A stretch of 64,000 bases of DNA, taken from Thermodesulfobacteriota bacterium (GTDB lineage: Bacteria; Desulfobacterota; BSN033; UBA1163). The notes beneath the pieces were generated by a model. It saw only the letters and a program-made list of their open reading frames with translations, was not told the origin of the DNA and ran no database searches. Shown piece by piece: positions 18,077 to 27,136 of the stretch. Each line of letters begins with the position of its first letter. Positions within the stretch are counted from its first letter, which is position 1. The stretch lies in assembly GCA_030017685.1 (NCBI GenBank), contig JASEHH010000003.1, forward strand, positions 25,319-89,318, in the 5' to 3' direction. The position numbers were made by a program, and so were the translations under genes.

Positions 18077-19060
18077 ATGGGGACACTTCTGAACATAAAT
18101 AATCTGAAGACCCACTTTTTTTCGTCGGGGCGGACCATCCGGGCTCTTGACGGCGTAAGTTTCCATATCGAGGAAGGAGAAGTCTTCGGGCTCGTGGGAG
18201 AGACAGGTTGCGGAAAATCGGTGACTGCCCTTTCGATTCTAAGGCTCATCCCATTTCCCCCCGGGAAGATCATCAATGGTGAAATCCTCTTCAGGGGAAG
18301 AAATCTTCTCTCCCTTCAGGAGGATGAAATGCGGTCCATCCGGGGGCAGGAGATCTCCATGATTTTTCAGGAGCCGATGACCTCCCTCAATCCCGTATTT
18401 CGCATCGGGGATCAAATGATGGAGGTGATCATGCTCCACCAAAAGTTGAATAGGTCCCGGGCCTTCGAAAAGGCCCTTGAGATGCTCCAGCGGGTCCATA
18501 TCCCGGATGCGGACAGAGTGGTAAAACAATATCCGCACCAATTGAGCGGTGGGATGAGGCAGAGGGTGATGATCGCCATGGAACTCTCCTGCCATCCCTT
18601 CCTCCTGATTGCGGATGAACCCACCACCGCCCTGGACGTCACCATTCAGGCACAGATTCTCAGGCTTATTAAGGAAATAAAAAAGGAATTGCAAACCTCA
18701 ATCCTTTTAATCACACACGATCTGGGGGTGATCGCCGAGATGTGCGATCGGGTGGCCGTGATGTACGCAGGCTCGATAGTCGAGGAGGCAAAGGTCGAAG
18801 AAATCTTTGAAGAACCCAAACATCCCTATACCCAAGGGCTCTGGGGAGCTATCCCGCGAGTAGATCAGGAAAAGGAAGCCCTGGTGGTCATTCCTGGGAT
18901 GGTCCCGGACCTGAGTCAACCTCCGACGGGTTGTAAATTTCATCCTCGATGTCCTTATCGATTTGACCCCTGCGATCAAAAAAAACCTCCTCTTTTTCCG
19001 TTATCCCCCGGACATCTTGTCTCCTGCTATCTCTACGAAGAGGGGAAGAGCCATGAATGA
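18077..19060 (+). CDS. peptide ABC transporter ATP-binding protein (DppD/OppD-like)
   Basis: Translation shows Walker A GETGCGKS, the signature LSGGMRQR and Walker B LLIADEPTTALD, plus a C-terminal oligopeptide-type extension. Confidence 0.85.
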   Translation: MGTLLNINNLKTHFFSSGRTIRALDGVSFHIEEGEVFGLVGETGCGKSVTALSILRLIPFPPGKIINGEILFRGRNLLSLQEDEMRSIRGQEISMIFQEPMTSLNPVFRIGDQMMEVIMLHQKLNRSRAFEKALEMLQRVHIPDADRVVKQYPHQLSGGMRQRVMIAMELSCHPFLLIADEPTTALDVTIQAQILRLIKEIKKELQTSILLITHDLGVIAEMCDRVAVMYAGSIVEEAKVEEIFEEPKHPYTQGLWGAIPRVDQEKEALVVIPGMVPDLSQPPTGCKFHPRCPYRFDPCDQKKPPLFPLSPGHLVSCYLYEEGKSHE

Positions 19061-20018
19061 ACCTCTCCTCAAGGTGAAGGAACTCAAAAAATATTTTCCA
19101 ATCATGCGTGGATGGCGAAAGGGAAAAACCTTTGTCCGTGCTGTGGACGGGATCGATTTTTCCATTCGTCCTGGGGAAACCCTGGGCATGGTGGGAGAGT
19201 CGGGATGTGGAAAAACAACGGTCGGAAGGCTCATCCTTAAGCTCATCGAACCCAGCGAGGGGAAAATTCTCTTTGAAGGGAGGGACCTTGCCCATCTGGA
19301 TAAAAAGGAAATCCATCCCCTGAGGCATGCCTTCCAGATCATCTTTCAGGATCCCTTTGCCTCTCTCAATCCCCGGATGACCGTCAGCGCAATCGTGAGA
19401 CGGCCGATGGAAATCCATGGCCTGGTGGAGCCATCTCAACGGGATGAAAAGGTCTGCCAGCTTCTCGAGTCGGTGGGGCTCATGAGAGAACATCTCAGCC
19501 GATATCCCCACGAATTTTCTGGAGGACAGCGTCAACGGATCGGAATCGCCAGGGCACTGGCCACACAACCCAGACTGATTGTGGCCGACGAACCCACTTC
19601 TGCACTCGACGTATCCGTCCAGGCCCAGATCCTTAATCTGATGAAACAACTCCAGAAGGAGCTGGGATTGACCTATCTTTTCATTTCACACAATATCAGC
19701 GTCATCCGCCACATCAGTGACCGGGTCGCTGTCATGTATTTGGGAAAGATCGTAGAGATGGCAGAAAAAAGGACCCTCTTTCAATCTCCAGCGCATCCCT
19801 ATACAAAAGCCCTGTTAGCTGCCGTCCCCTCTCTTGACCCAAGGCGAAAGAGAGCTGAAATCATCCTTGAGGGAGATGTCCCCAGTCCCATCAACCCTCC
19901 CTCAGGATGCCGGTTCCATACGAGATGCCAATATACCCTTCAAAAATGTTTTGAGGAAGAGCCTTTTCCCCGGCAGGTGGAGGATACGCGATGGGTGGCT
20001 TGTCACCTCTATCCGTGA
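19053..20018 (+). CDS. peptide ABC transporter ATP-binding protein (DppF/OppF-like)
   Basis: Translation shows GESGCGKTT, FSGGQRQR and IVADEPTSALD. The ATG at 19053 overlaps the previous stop (ATGAATGA). The track ORF begins upstream at 18963. Confidence 0.85.
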   Translation: MNEPLLKVKELKKYFPIMRGWRKGKTFVRAVDGIDFSIRPGETLGMVGESGCGKTTVGRLILKLIEPSEGKILFEGRDLAHLDKKEIHPLRHAFQIIFQDPFASLNPRMTVSAIVRRPMEIHGLVEPSQRDEKVCQLLESVGLMREHLSRYPHEFSGGQRQRIGIARALATQPRLIVADEPTSALDVSVQAQILNLMKQLQKELGLTYLFISHNISVIRHISDRVAVMYLGKIVEMAEKRTLFQSPAHPYTKALLAAVPSLDPRRKRAEIILEGDVPSPINPPSGCRFHTRCQYTLQKCFEEEPFPRQVEDTRWVACHLYP

Positions 20019-20110
20019 AATGAAATGATGTGCTCCAGCCAGGGAATAGAAAGTGCTGAGTGTTGGGTTTTGAGTTTGTCACTCCGAACCTAAAAAAGAG
20101 GAGGAAAACA

Positions 20111-21271
20111 ATGTTCACGCTGATTAAAGGGGGAACCCTTTATGGTCCCGAAAAAATGGGGGATCGGGATATCCTCATTGCCGGAAGAACGATAGCCAGA
20201 GTTTCGGAGCATATTGATCTGCCAGAGCAATTCGAGACTCGGGTGATTTCGGCTTCCGGGAAAGTCGTCACGCCTGGGATGATCGATCTGCACGTCCATC
20301 TGCTGGGAGGAGGGGGAGAAGGAGGTCCTCGAACGAGGACGCCGGAGATCACTCTTTCCAAGATCACCCGTGCGGGAGTCACTACGGTAGTGGGTTGCCT
20401 TGGCACGGATGATGTGTCTCGAAGGCCTGAAACCCTTTTAGCCAAGGCCATGCAACTGGAGGAGGAAGGCATTTCAACCTATATCTATTGTGGCTCTTAC
20501 CAGTTTCCGCTTGCCACCATCACTGGATGCGTCCGAAAGGATATCGCCCTTATTCCAAAAGTGATCGGCGTGGGAGAAATTGCAGTTTCTGACCATCGCT
20601 CCTCCCAACCTAGTTTCGAGGAACTCTGCCGGGTCGCGGCAGAGGCACGGGTGGGAGGGATGCTCGGTGGGAAAGCGGGATTAGTCCATCTCCACATGGG
20701 GAGTGGTAAAGGGATGCTCGATCCGATCATGCGGATTGTGAAAGAGACGGAGATCCCGATCGGTCAGTTTCTTCCCACCCATTTAACCCGGACCCTATCG
20801 CTTCTGGAGCAATCCATTCAGTTTGCCAGAATGGGAGGAAATATTGATTTCACTGTGAAGGGACAGGAGTTACAATTCCCGTTGACGACAGCCAGAGCTT
20901 TACAGATGGCGCTCAATGGAGGAGTCAGCATCGAACAGATCACGCTCAGTTCAGATTCAAATGGCTCGATGCCCGTCTACAATGAGAAAGGAGAGATCAT
21001 CAAGCTGGCGGTTGGAGATATTCAATATCTCCATTCGGAATGTAAGGAATTGGTAAAGGGCGGCTTCCCCCTCGATCAGGTTCTAAAAATGGTAACCGCC
21101 AATCCGGCGAAAAGGACTGGAATCGACCGCTGGAAAGGAAGCATTGAAGAAGGTAAAGATGCGGATCTGTTGATCTTAGACAAGGATCTCGAAATAGAAA
21201 CTGTCATTGCAAAAGGGCAAATGATGGTTCACCAGAAAAAAATTCTCATCAAGGGGACTTTTGAGGAGTGA
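20111..21271 (+). CDS. iadA: isoaspartyl dipeptidase (IadA-like amidohydrolase)
   Basis: Translation shows the metal-dependent amidohydrolase pattern (GMIDLHVHLLGGGGEGG..., AVSDHRS, HLHMGSG) typical of beta-aspartyl dipeptidase. A GAGGAGG RBS lies 7 nt before the ATG at 20111. The track start at 20060 is a GTG. Confidence 0.7.
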   Translation: MFTLIKGGTLYGPEKMGDRDILIAGRTIARVSEHIDLPEQFETRVISASGKVVTPGMIDLHVHLLGGGGEGGPRTRTPEITLSKITRAGVTTVVGCLGTDDVSRRPETLLAKAMQLEEEGISTYIYCGSYQFPLATITGCVRKDIALIPKVIGVGEIAVSDHRSSQPSFEELCRVAAEARVGGMLGGKAGLVHLHMGSGKGMLDPIMRIVKETEIPIGQFLPTHLTRTLSLLEQSIQFARMGGNIDFTVKGQELQFPLTTARALQMALNGGVSIEQITLSSDSNGSMPVYNEKGEIIKLAVGDIQYLHSECKELVKGGFPLDQVLKMVTANPAKRTGIDRWKGSIEEGKDADLLILDKDLEIETVIAKGQMMVHQKKILIKGTFEE

Positions 21272-21299
21272 AGCTCCCCGTGCTTCCGCAGGGAGCATT

Positions 21300-21420
21300 T
21301 TGACGACTTCGGCGAAACCCGCCGAAGCATATCCGCCTTCACTGACCCGCCCGCCGAACCTGCCTTCGCCGAAACGCTTCGTGCAGGCAGGCAAGTTCTT
21401 TGGCAGGCGGGAGCTTCGGC
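21300..21420. repeat. nested palindromic element (CCTGCCTTCGCCGAAACGCTTCGTGCAGGCAGG core) in the iadA-peptidase spacer
   Basis: cttcggcgaaacccgccgaag is a hairpin. cccgcccgccgaacctgccttcgccgaaacgcttcgtgcaggcaggcaagttctttggcaggcgggagcttcggc is nearly the same core as the element inside the UDG gene. Confidence 0.5.
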
Positions 21421-21493
21421 AGATACCTTTTCCACATTCATCCCCATTCTTCTGGACGGGGCATCCTGCGAAGGCGGGTGAGGAGAAAATCGG

Positions 21494-22243
21494 ATGAGAC
21501 CACTGATTGGAATCACCTGTTCAAGGGTGGTGGGAGGCGCCTGGGGACTTTACTCCCCGGGGCACTTCATGGATTATACCTTTGATGATTATAGCCAGGC
21601 TGTTCGTTACGGCGGAGGAGCTCCCGTGCTTCTGCCAGTGGCTCAAAATCGGGAAACCCTTCAGACCGTCCTTGAGCGACTGGATGGCCTCATCCTCAGC
21701 GGTGGACCGGATATTAACCCTAAATTCTACGGCGAACAGCCCTTAGAAGGTCTTGGAGAAATTGACGAAGGTCTTGATCAAATGGAGCTTCAGGTTGCGA
21801 AGATGGCTTTCAAAATGGGGCTTCCCATTTTCGCCATCTGTCGGGGCATCCAGATTCTAAATGTCTCCCTCGGAGGAACGCTCTATCAGGACATCGCCAG
21901 CCAGATGGAAGAAAGCATCAACCATACCCAAAAAGCAGATAAGGGAGTCAATACGCATTCGATAAGGATTCAGGGAAAGACATTGCTCCATCAAATTTTA
22001 AAAAGAAAAGTCATCTGGGTGAATGGAAAGCATCATCAGGCGATCAAGGACCTGGCAAAGGGGTTTATCGTCAGCGCTTGGGCGTATGACGGAATCATCG
22101 AGGCCATCGAATACCCGGATAGAAATTTCGTCCTTGGAGTTCAGTGGCATCCTGAAGGATCCTGGAGAGAAGATGCCTATTCAAAGAGACTTTTTCGCGC
22201 CTTTACTCATGCCGCTCGAAAGCCTTCTAAAAGACCGGGCTGA
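21494..22243 (+). CDS. peptidase C26 (gamma-glutamyl hydrolase / class I glutamine amidotransferase-like)
   Basis: 249 aa with GLILSGGPDINP, the catalytic Cys in IFAICRGIQ, and a WHPE-type His region (VQWHPEGS). Confidence 0.7.
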   Translation: MRPLIGITCSRVVGGAWGLYSPGHFMDYTFDDYSQAVRYGGGAPVLLPVAQNRETLQTVLERLDGLILSGGPDINPKFYGEQPLEGLGEIDEGLDQMELQVAKMAFKMGLPIFAICRGIQILNVSLGGTLYQDIASQMEESINHTQKADKGVNTHSIRIQGKTLLHQILKRKVIWVNGKHHQAIKDLAKGFIVSAWAYDGIIEAIEYPDRNFVLGVQWHPEGSWREDAYSKRLFRAFTHAARKPSKRPG

Positions 22244-22279
22244 AATTCCAAGGCGCCCAACTCATCCCAGGGGAAAACC

Positions 22280-22603
22280 TTATACATTCTCCTCTTTCGC
22301 CAGTCTTCCCTTTTCTTTCTGGTAGGCTTCCTTGCCAGCCTCGATAGCCGTGGCCACAATTGATTTCTTTTCTTCAATAACTTCCTTCCCCTTTTCTACA
22401 ACAGAGGTTACCTTGCCCTTTACCTGCTCGATCACTTCATCTGCCTTTCCTCTGGCTTCTCCGGCAAATTCCTTAATCTTTTCTCTTGTCTCCCTCCCTG
22501 ACTTTGGAGCCAATAAGAGCGCAACCCCTGCTCCGATCAGCCCGCCCAGAAAGAATGAAAAGATCAATGGTCCGGCGCTGCATTCACCCTCTTCATGTTT
22601 CAT
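22280..22603 (-). CDS. YtxH domain protein
   Basis: An N-terminal TM segment followed by a KE-rich coiled region (KIKEFAGEARGKADEVIEQVKGKV). An AAGGAGG RBS lies 6 nt before the ATG at 22603. Confidence 0.5.
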   Translation of the reverse strand: MKHEEGECSAGPLIFSFFLGGLIGAGVALLLAPKSGRETREKIKEFAGEARGKADEVIEQVKGKVTSVVEKGKEVIEEKKSIVATAIEAGKEAYQKEKGRLAKEENV

Positions 22604-22646
22604 GGACTGCCTCCTTTCTTTTGCCGACGGCAAAAAAGATATTCCC

Positions 22647-23063
22647 TTATTGATCGTCTTTGTGTTGTTTTAATAGGTTTTTCAAAAAAGTTTGCAAGCC
22701 TACCCTGATACCCGCCTTCATGCCTGAAGCCTCGGCCCTTGCCAATAAACTCACATCTCCAACCATTTCACTCACACGTCTTACATTCTCGCTTGTACCT
22801 TTCACGCTTTCACTGACCCCTTTTATTGAGTTTGAAAAATCTCTTACATCCTCAGCCACCTCATTGATATTGTCAGTAAAATTTCGAAGGCTTTTAAGAG
22901 TCCCCTGAAACTCAGCGAGAGTCGGTTTAATGGACTTCTCGGTCGTCCGGATCAACTCTTTTAATTCTTTGATGGCGCCCTTCAGTTCGATCATGACGAC
23001 GATAAAGATGATGACTCCAGCTATAAAACCAAGAACAATAAGACCCAAAAAGATCGTATTCAT
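22647..23063 (-). CDS. DUF948 domain membrane protein
   Basis: An N-terminal TM helix followed by a coiled-coil with repeated VxxxxxNI/SV blocks. It is paired with a YtxH gene as in ytxG/ytxH loci. Confidence 0.5.
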   Translation of the reverse strand: MNTIFLGLIVLGFIAGVIIFIVVMIELKGAIKELKELIRTTEKSIKPTLAEFQGTLKSLRNFTDNINEVAEDVRDFSNSIKGVSESVKGTSENVRRVSEMVGDVSLLARAEASGMKAGIRVGLQTFLKNLLKQHKDDQ

Positions 23064-23261
23064 CTCCCCTCCGCTTTAAGGCTATTTGGGTATATTATAC
23101 CATAAAACTTTGATCTTTGAAAAAAACTTTTTTAAGGCAGAGACGACCTCGAATACTATCAGGGGTACTTTTTAGCCCCCCTAAAGAGAGCTCTGAAAAA
23201 GTACCTTTTGCTCTCTGATTATAGAGATTTCTGGGCTTTTTCATAAATCTCTTAAAAACAC

Positions 23262-23300
23262 TTGACAATAATAATTCTAATATGATAATTATTCTATTAG
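23262..23300 (+). promoter_or_regulatory. sigma70-like promoter with overlapping Fur/PerR-box-like AT-rich inverted repeat upstream of the Fur-family gene
   Basis: TTGACA (23262-23267), a 17-nt spacer, then ATAATT (23285-23290). The embedded GATAATTATTCTATT resembles 7-1-7 Fur/PerR boxes. Confidence 0.4.
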
Positions 23301-23720
23301 ATGAGCGCAGAGGGAATGGCAAAGTATAAAGAGGCTGGACTAAAACTGACGCCCCAGCGACTGGCGATCCTGAAGTATCTTGAAGGGAATAAGGAACATC
23401 CGTCCGCAGATGAAATCTATAAGGCGGTATCAAAAAAGTTTCCTACCATGTCCTTCGCCACCGTATATAACACCCTGGAGACATTAAGAAGGCATGGTCA
23501 GATCATGGAACTCAACTTCGACCCCTATAAGAAACGCTTCGATCCTAATCCCAAACCCCATCATCACGTCATCTGTGTCAGGTGCCAGAAAATTCTCGAT
23601 GTTCAAAATCACTTTTCTCTCAAACCGCCAAAAATCGAATCTGAGGAGTTTGAAATTATCGGCAGCCACATAGAATTTTATGGGGTCTGTTCAAAGTGCA
23701 AGGATAGGTTAGGGGCTTAA
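23301..23720 (+). CDS. Fur family transcriptional regulator (PerR-like by context)
   Basis: Translation shows a Fur-family fold (LKLTPQRLAILKYL, HHHVICVRCQKI, CSKC) with two CxxC pairs. It lies upstream of rubrerythrin and peroxidases. An alternative start exists at 23316. Confidence 0.7.
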   Translation: MSAEGMAKYKEAGLKLTPQRLAILKYLEGNKEHPSADEIYKAVSKKFPTMSFATVYNTLETLRRHGQIMELNFDPYKKRFDPNPKPHHHVICVRCQKILDVQNHFSLKPPKIESEEFEIIGSHIEFYGVCSKCKDRLGA

Positions 23721-23789
23721 AAAAGCAGAAAACTCATCCCTGTCAATAAAAATTTAATCAACAAATAAAGAGAGAGGAGGAATGTCCTT

Positions 23790-24287
23790 ATGTCGAAGAC
23801 AGAACAGTTTTTAAAGGAGGCATTTGCAGGAGAATCTCAGGCAAACCGAAAATATCTTGCCTTTGCAGGAAAAGCCGATCAGGAGGGTTATCCTCAGGTG
23901 GCGCGTCTTTTCCGTGCCGCAGCCGAGGCAGAGACCGTCCATGCCCACAGTCATTTAAGGGTTCTGGGGGGGATCAAAAGCACCAAAGAGAACCTCCAGG
24001 AGGCTATAGCGGGTGAAACCCATGAGTTTAAGAGCATGTATCCGGAGATGATCGAAGCAGCTAAATCAGAAGGCCAAAAAGATGCGGTTAGAAGTTTCAA
24101 CTTTGCCAATGAGGTTGAGAAGGTCCATGCCCAGCTTTATCAGAAACTGTTAGACGGTCTGGGAAAACCTCAGGAGAATTATCCCTATTATATCTGCCCG
24201 GTCTGTGGATACACGGCTGAAAAAGAGCCTCCCGGAACCTGCCCGGTCTGTGGAGCCAAAGGAGAGATGTTCAAAAAAATAGAATAA
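23790..24287 (+). CDS. rbr: rubrerythrin (ferritin-like diiron domain plus C-terminal rubredoxin-like CxxC...CxxC)
   Basis: Translation shows E...EAETVHAHSH and a C-terminal CPVCGYT...CPVCGA. A GAGGAGG RBS lies 9 nt upstream. Confidence 0.85.
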   Translation: MSKTEQFLKEAFAGESQANRKYLAFAGKADQEGYPQVARLFRAAAEAETVHAHSHLRVLGGIKSTKENLQEAIAGETHEFKSMYPEMIEAAKSEGQKDAVRSFNFANEVEKVHAQLYQKLLDGLGKPQENYPYYICPVCGYTAEKEPPGTCPVCGAKGEMFKKIE

Positions 24288-24305
24288 CCGGAAAAGGAGG
24301 TCTTA

Positions 24306-24821
24306 ATGAAAGAACGAACAGGAATTATAACCATGAAGGGAAACCCCTTAACTCTAATCGGAAACGAGCTCAAAGTCGGTGACGTCGCACCTGACTTTGT
24401 CGCCTTGAACAATGATCTCTCCCCAATAAAATTTTCATCGTTTCGTGGCAAAATCTGCATTCTCTCGTCAGTGCCTTCCCTTGACACACCGGTCTGTGAT
24501 ATGGAGACTCGAAGATTTAATGAAGAGGCAAGCCGTCTGGGTCCGGATGTGATGATTTTAACCATCAGCATGGACCTCCCCTTTGCGCAGAAACGCTGGT
24601 GTGCGGCAAGCGGAGTGGATAAGGTTCAAACCCTGTCAGATCATCGCGATGCCTCTTTCGGCACCTCATATGGGGTGTTGATTAAAGAGCTGCGGCTCCT
24701 TGCCAGGGCTGTCTTTCTGGTGGATCGGAAAGGGACCCTTCAATATATCCAGATCGTCAAGGAGATGACGAGCGAGCCGGACTATGAAGCTATCCTGAAT
24801 GCCTTAAAAAAATTGACATGA
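24306..24821 (+). CDS. tpx: thiol peroxidase (Tpx, atypical 2-Cys peroxiredoxin)
   Basis: Translation shows GDVAPDF, the peroxidatic-Cys region VPSLDTPVCD and a resolving-Cys region RWCAA. An AAGGAGG RBS is present. Confidence 0.8.
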   Translation: MKERTGIITMKGNPLTLIGNELKVGDVAPDFVALNNDLSPIKFSSFRGKICILSSVPSLDTPVCDMETRRFNEEASRLGPDVMILTISMDLPFAQKRWCAASGVDKVQTLSDHRDASFGTSYGVLIKELRLLARAVFLVDRKGTLQYIQIVKEMTSEPDYEAILNALKKLT

Positions 24822-24833
24822 GGGGGTAAAGAT

Positions 24834-25409
24834 ATGAAGAAGATCTATTTAACAATGCCTGTCCTCACCATTCTGCTTCTCACACTGGTGTCTCCCGTTT
24901 TACCTGCCAACAAGCCGCCGGCAAAAGGTGAGACCTTACCTGTATTCAATCTTCCGATTCCTAAAAGTCCCGCTGAAAAAGGTTATCTGGGTCTCTCCGG
25001 CGATGGCCTTTTTAAAATTCCACAGATCAAAGCCAGGGTGGTGATTGTCGAAATCTATAGTATGTATTGTCCTTATTGTCAGAAGGATGCTCCCGGGATC
25101 AACGAATTCTATCAACTAATCGAGAAAAGTTCGAATCTTAAATCCAAGATTAAAATGATCGGAATCGGTGCGGGAAATACATCCTTTGAAGTGGAGGTAT
25201 TTAAGAAGACCTATCAGGTCCCGTTTCCGCTCTTTCCGGATAAGGATTTTACAATCCATAAGGCTTCCGGGGAAGTAAGGACACCCTACTTTATCGTCAT
25301 TAAGATCAATGATGACGGGACTCACCAGATCGTCCATGCCCAGTTAGGGGATTATCCAGGGGCCGAACCATTTCTGGAGATTGTCCTTAAGGCTTCGGGA
25401 CTTAAATAA
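24834..25409 (+). CDS. secreted thioredoxin-fold thiol-disulfide oxidoreductase (TlpA/ResA-like)
   Basis: Signal peptide plus the active-site region YSMYCPYCQKD. Confidence 0.6.
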   Translation: MKKIYLTMPVLTILLLTLVSPVLPANKPPAKGETLPVFNLPIPKSPAEKGYLGLSGDGLFKIPQIKARVVIVEIYSMYCPYCQKDAPGINEFYQLIEKSSNLKSKIKMIGIGAGNTSFEVEVFKKTYQVPFPLFPDKDFTIHKASGEVRTPYFIVIKINDDGTHQIVHAQLGDYPGAEPFLEIVLKASGLK

Positions 25410-25419
25410 GGAAGAGAGG

Positions 25420-26028
25420 ATGAAAAAGATAATAAGGGTTGACCTTGTCTTGATCTCAATGGCCATTTCAATCGGGGCGTTTATTCCGGCAGTTTATGGC
25501 GCATCGGACGCCTTTAAGGAGAATATTTATAAGGTGGGCGCCCTTAAACCGGTTGACAGTAAACTCAATGTGAAGGTCGGAGATCGTGCGCCTGACTTCA
25601 CCCTTCCCTCTGTATCCGGAGAGAAGGTTTCTTTGAGCCAGTATCGCGGAAAGAAGAACGTGGTCCTTTCCTTTGTCCCTGCGGCCTGGACCCCTGTCTG
25701 CTCAGATCAGTGGCCTGGTTATAATATCATAAAAGATGTTTTTCAACAGAACGATGCCATCCTCTTCGGAATTACGGTGGACAATATCCCCACCCTTTTT
25801 GCCTGGACTAACCAGATGGGAAAATTATGGTTCTCTGTGCTCTCAGATTTCTGGCCTCATGGGGCCGTGGCAAAAAAGTATGGTGTCTTGCGCTCCGATG
25901 GAGTCTCAGAGAGGGCGCTTTTTGTAATCGATAAGAAAGGAACCCTTGGATATATTGACGTCCACGACATCAACAAGCGGCCTCCCCTCGAAGACCTGGT
26001 GAGTGCATTGGAGAAACTTAAAAGATAG
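25420..26028 (+). CDS. secreted peroxiredoxin (AhpC/TSA-redoxin family)
   Basis: Signal peptide, GDRAPDFTLPS, peroxidatic-Cys region FVPAAWTPVCSDQ. An ATG at 25420 has a purine-rich RBS. The track ORF starts upstream at 25381, inside the previous gene. Confidence 0.65.
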   Translation: MKKIIRVDLVLISMAISIGAFIPAVYGASDAFKENIYKVGALKPVDSKLNVKVGDRAPDFTLPSVSGEKVSLSQYRGKKNVVLSFVPAAWTPVCSDQWPGYNIIKDVFQQNDAILFGITVDNIPTLFAWTNQMGKLWFSVLSDFWPHGAVAKKYGVLRSDGVSERALFVIDKKGTLGYIDVHDINKRPPLEDLVSALEKLKR

Positions 26029-26029
26029 A

Positions 26030-26105
26030 ACGATGAACCACATTTATTTTTCATCGTTCATCGTTCATTGTTCATGGTTCATCGTTTATCGTTCATCATT
26101 CATCG
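26030..26105. repeat. heptanucleotide tandem repeat (TCGTTCA, about 9 copies) between convergent genes
   Basis: catcgttcatcgttcattgttcatggttcatcgtttatcgttcatcattcatcgtcat. Confidence 0.7.
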
Positions 26106-26582
26106 TCATATTGTAATGATTTCCCCTTCGATCTTTTCTCCGATGTTTAGAATTCCAAGGGTGGCACCATGCCAGAAAGAGCGAGTAGGAGAGCCGGGGT
26201 TGAAAAAAAAGCTGTTCTTCACCCGGTGATTGGCAGGAGCATGGGTATGGCCATAGATGATCGCATCCACCTCATCAAATTCGTCTCTGATCCTTGACTC
26301 GATTCCGAAGGGCGCCCCGCCTCCGTGAATCAAACCTATTCGAAATCCCCCTAATTCAATGACCTGTTTCTGCGGAAAGACCTTCCGGATTTCATAAGGG
26401 TCCATATTCCCGCAAACAGCAATCAACTCTTTGATTCCAGAAAGGTATTCTGCAACAGACCAACTTACAAAGTCCCCTGCATGAACAATCTTCTCCACAT
26501 CCCCGAAATGGAATTCCATCATCTTTTTGAATTCAGAATTTGGTTCCCTTAAATGCGTATCGGAAAGGACACCAATCTTCAT
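26106..26582 (-). CDS. metallophosphoesterase, YfcE/MJ0936-like
   Basis: Translation shows MKIGVLSDTHL, GDFV, GNMD and GHTH motifs of calcineurin-like phosphoesterases. The start at 26582 is the internal Met (the track ORF begins at 26645). Confidence 0.7.
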   Translation of the reverse strand: MKIGVLSDTHLREPNSEFKKMMEFHFGDVEKIVHAGDFVSWSVAEYLSGIKELIAVCGNMDPYEIRKVFPQKQVIELGGFRIGLIHGGGAPFGIESRIRDEFDEVDAIIYGHTHAPANHRVKNSFFFNPGSPTRSFWHGATLGILNIGEKIEGEIITI

Positions 26583-26638
26583 ATTAAACTCCGGTATCGG
26601 AATAGAAATGGAATTTATGTTATTTAAAAAAGGGAGTC

Positions 26639-27136
26639 TTGTCAATTTACATGATGCATTTCCCTTTTTTTCCTAATCTGGGTTATAATAAAAATGTGGC
26701 GATTGGTCGCAAAAAGAAGGCCCTTGTCCATATTGCAAAGGAGGACCTCCACCTCGATGAGGAATCTTATCGCCAGATTCTCAAGGGAGTGGCAGGGGTG
26801 GAGAGTTCAACCCAGTTGAACAAGGAAGGGTTTGAAAAGGTGATGAGACGTTTTCAGGAGATGGGATTTAAAGGCCTCCTCCCCCATCCCTATCATCCCG
26901 CCCCAAAGGGCAGGCTCATCCCTTCAGACAGCCCCCAGGGCCTGGAATCGATCACCTTGAGCCAGAACGATTTTATTTCTTATCTTCTGGAAGGGTTAAA
27001 GTGGGAGGAGGGACATTACCACGCCTTCTGCCAGCGCATCATCAAAAGCCCCCAACCGCGGACCAAAAGGGACGGGCAGAAGATCATCATCGGTCTTATG
27101 GCCATATTGAGAAAAAAAGCAATCCAGAAAATGTAA
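26639..27136 (+). CDS. DUF1018 (phage Mu GemA/gp16-like) domain protein, start uncertain
   Basis: KKKALVHIAKEDLHLDEESYRQILKGVAGVESSTQLNKEGFEKVMRRFQEMGF matches the characteristic DUF1018/GemA block. No other phage genes are nearby. The start codon is ambiguous (TTG at 26639 or GTG at 26696). Confidence 0.5.
   Translation: MSIYMMHFPFFPNLGYNKNVAIGRKKKALVHIAKEDLHLDEESYRQILKGVAGVESSTQLNKEGFEKVMRRFQEMGFKGLLPHPYHPAPKGRLIPSDSPQGLESITLSQNDFISYLLEGLKWEEGHYHAFCQRIIKSPQPRTKRDGQKIIIGLMAILRKKAIQKM

Noticed and set aside
18239-19649. Several long minus-strand ORFs (151, 253 and 113 aa)
   Set aside because: They are antisense to the well-supported DppD/DppF ATPase genes, which have Walker motifs on the plus strand. 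This is a GC-rich shadow-ORF artefact.
21261-21497. 78-aa ORF (MRSEAPRASAGS...LPSPKRFVQAGKFFGRR...)
   Set aside because: It is encoded entirely by the nested palindromic CCTGCC...GGCAGG repeat. The same peptide fragment (LPSPKRYVQAG) arises where the element sits in the UDG gene. No RBS is present.
26030-26105. Possible CRISPR array
   Set aside because: The repeat unit is only 7 bp, imperfect, and has no spacers. It is a simple tandem repeat.
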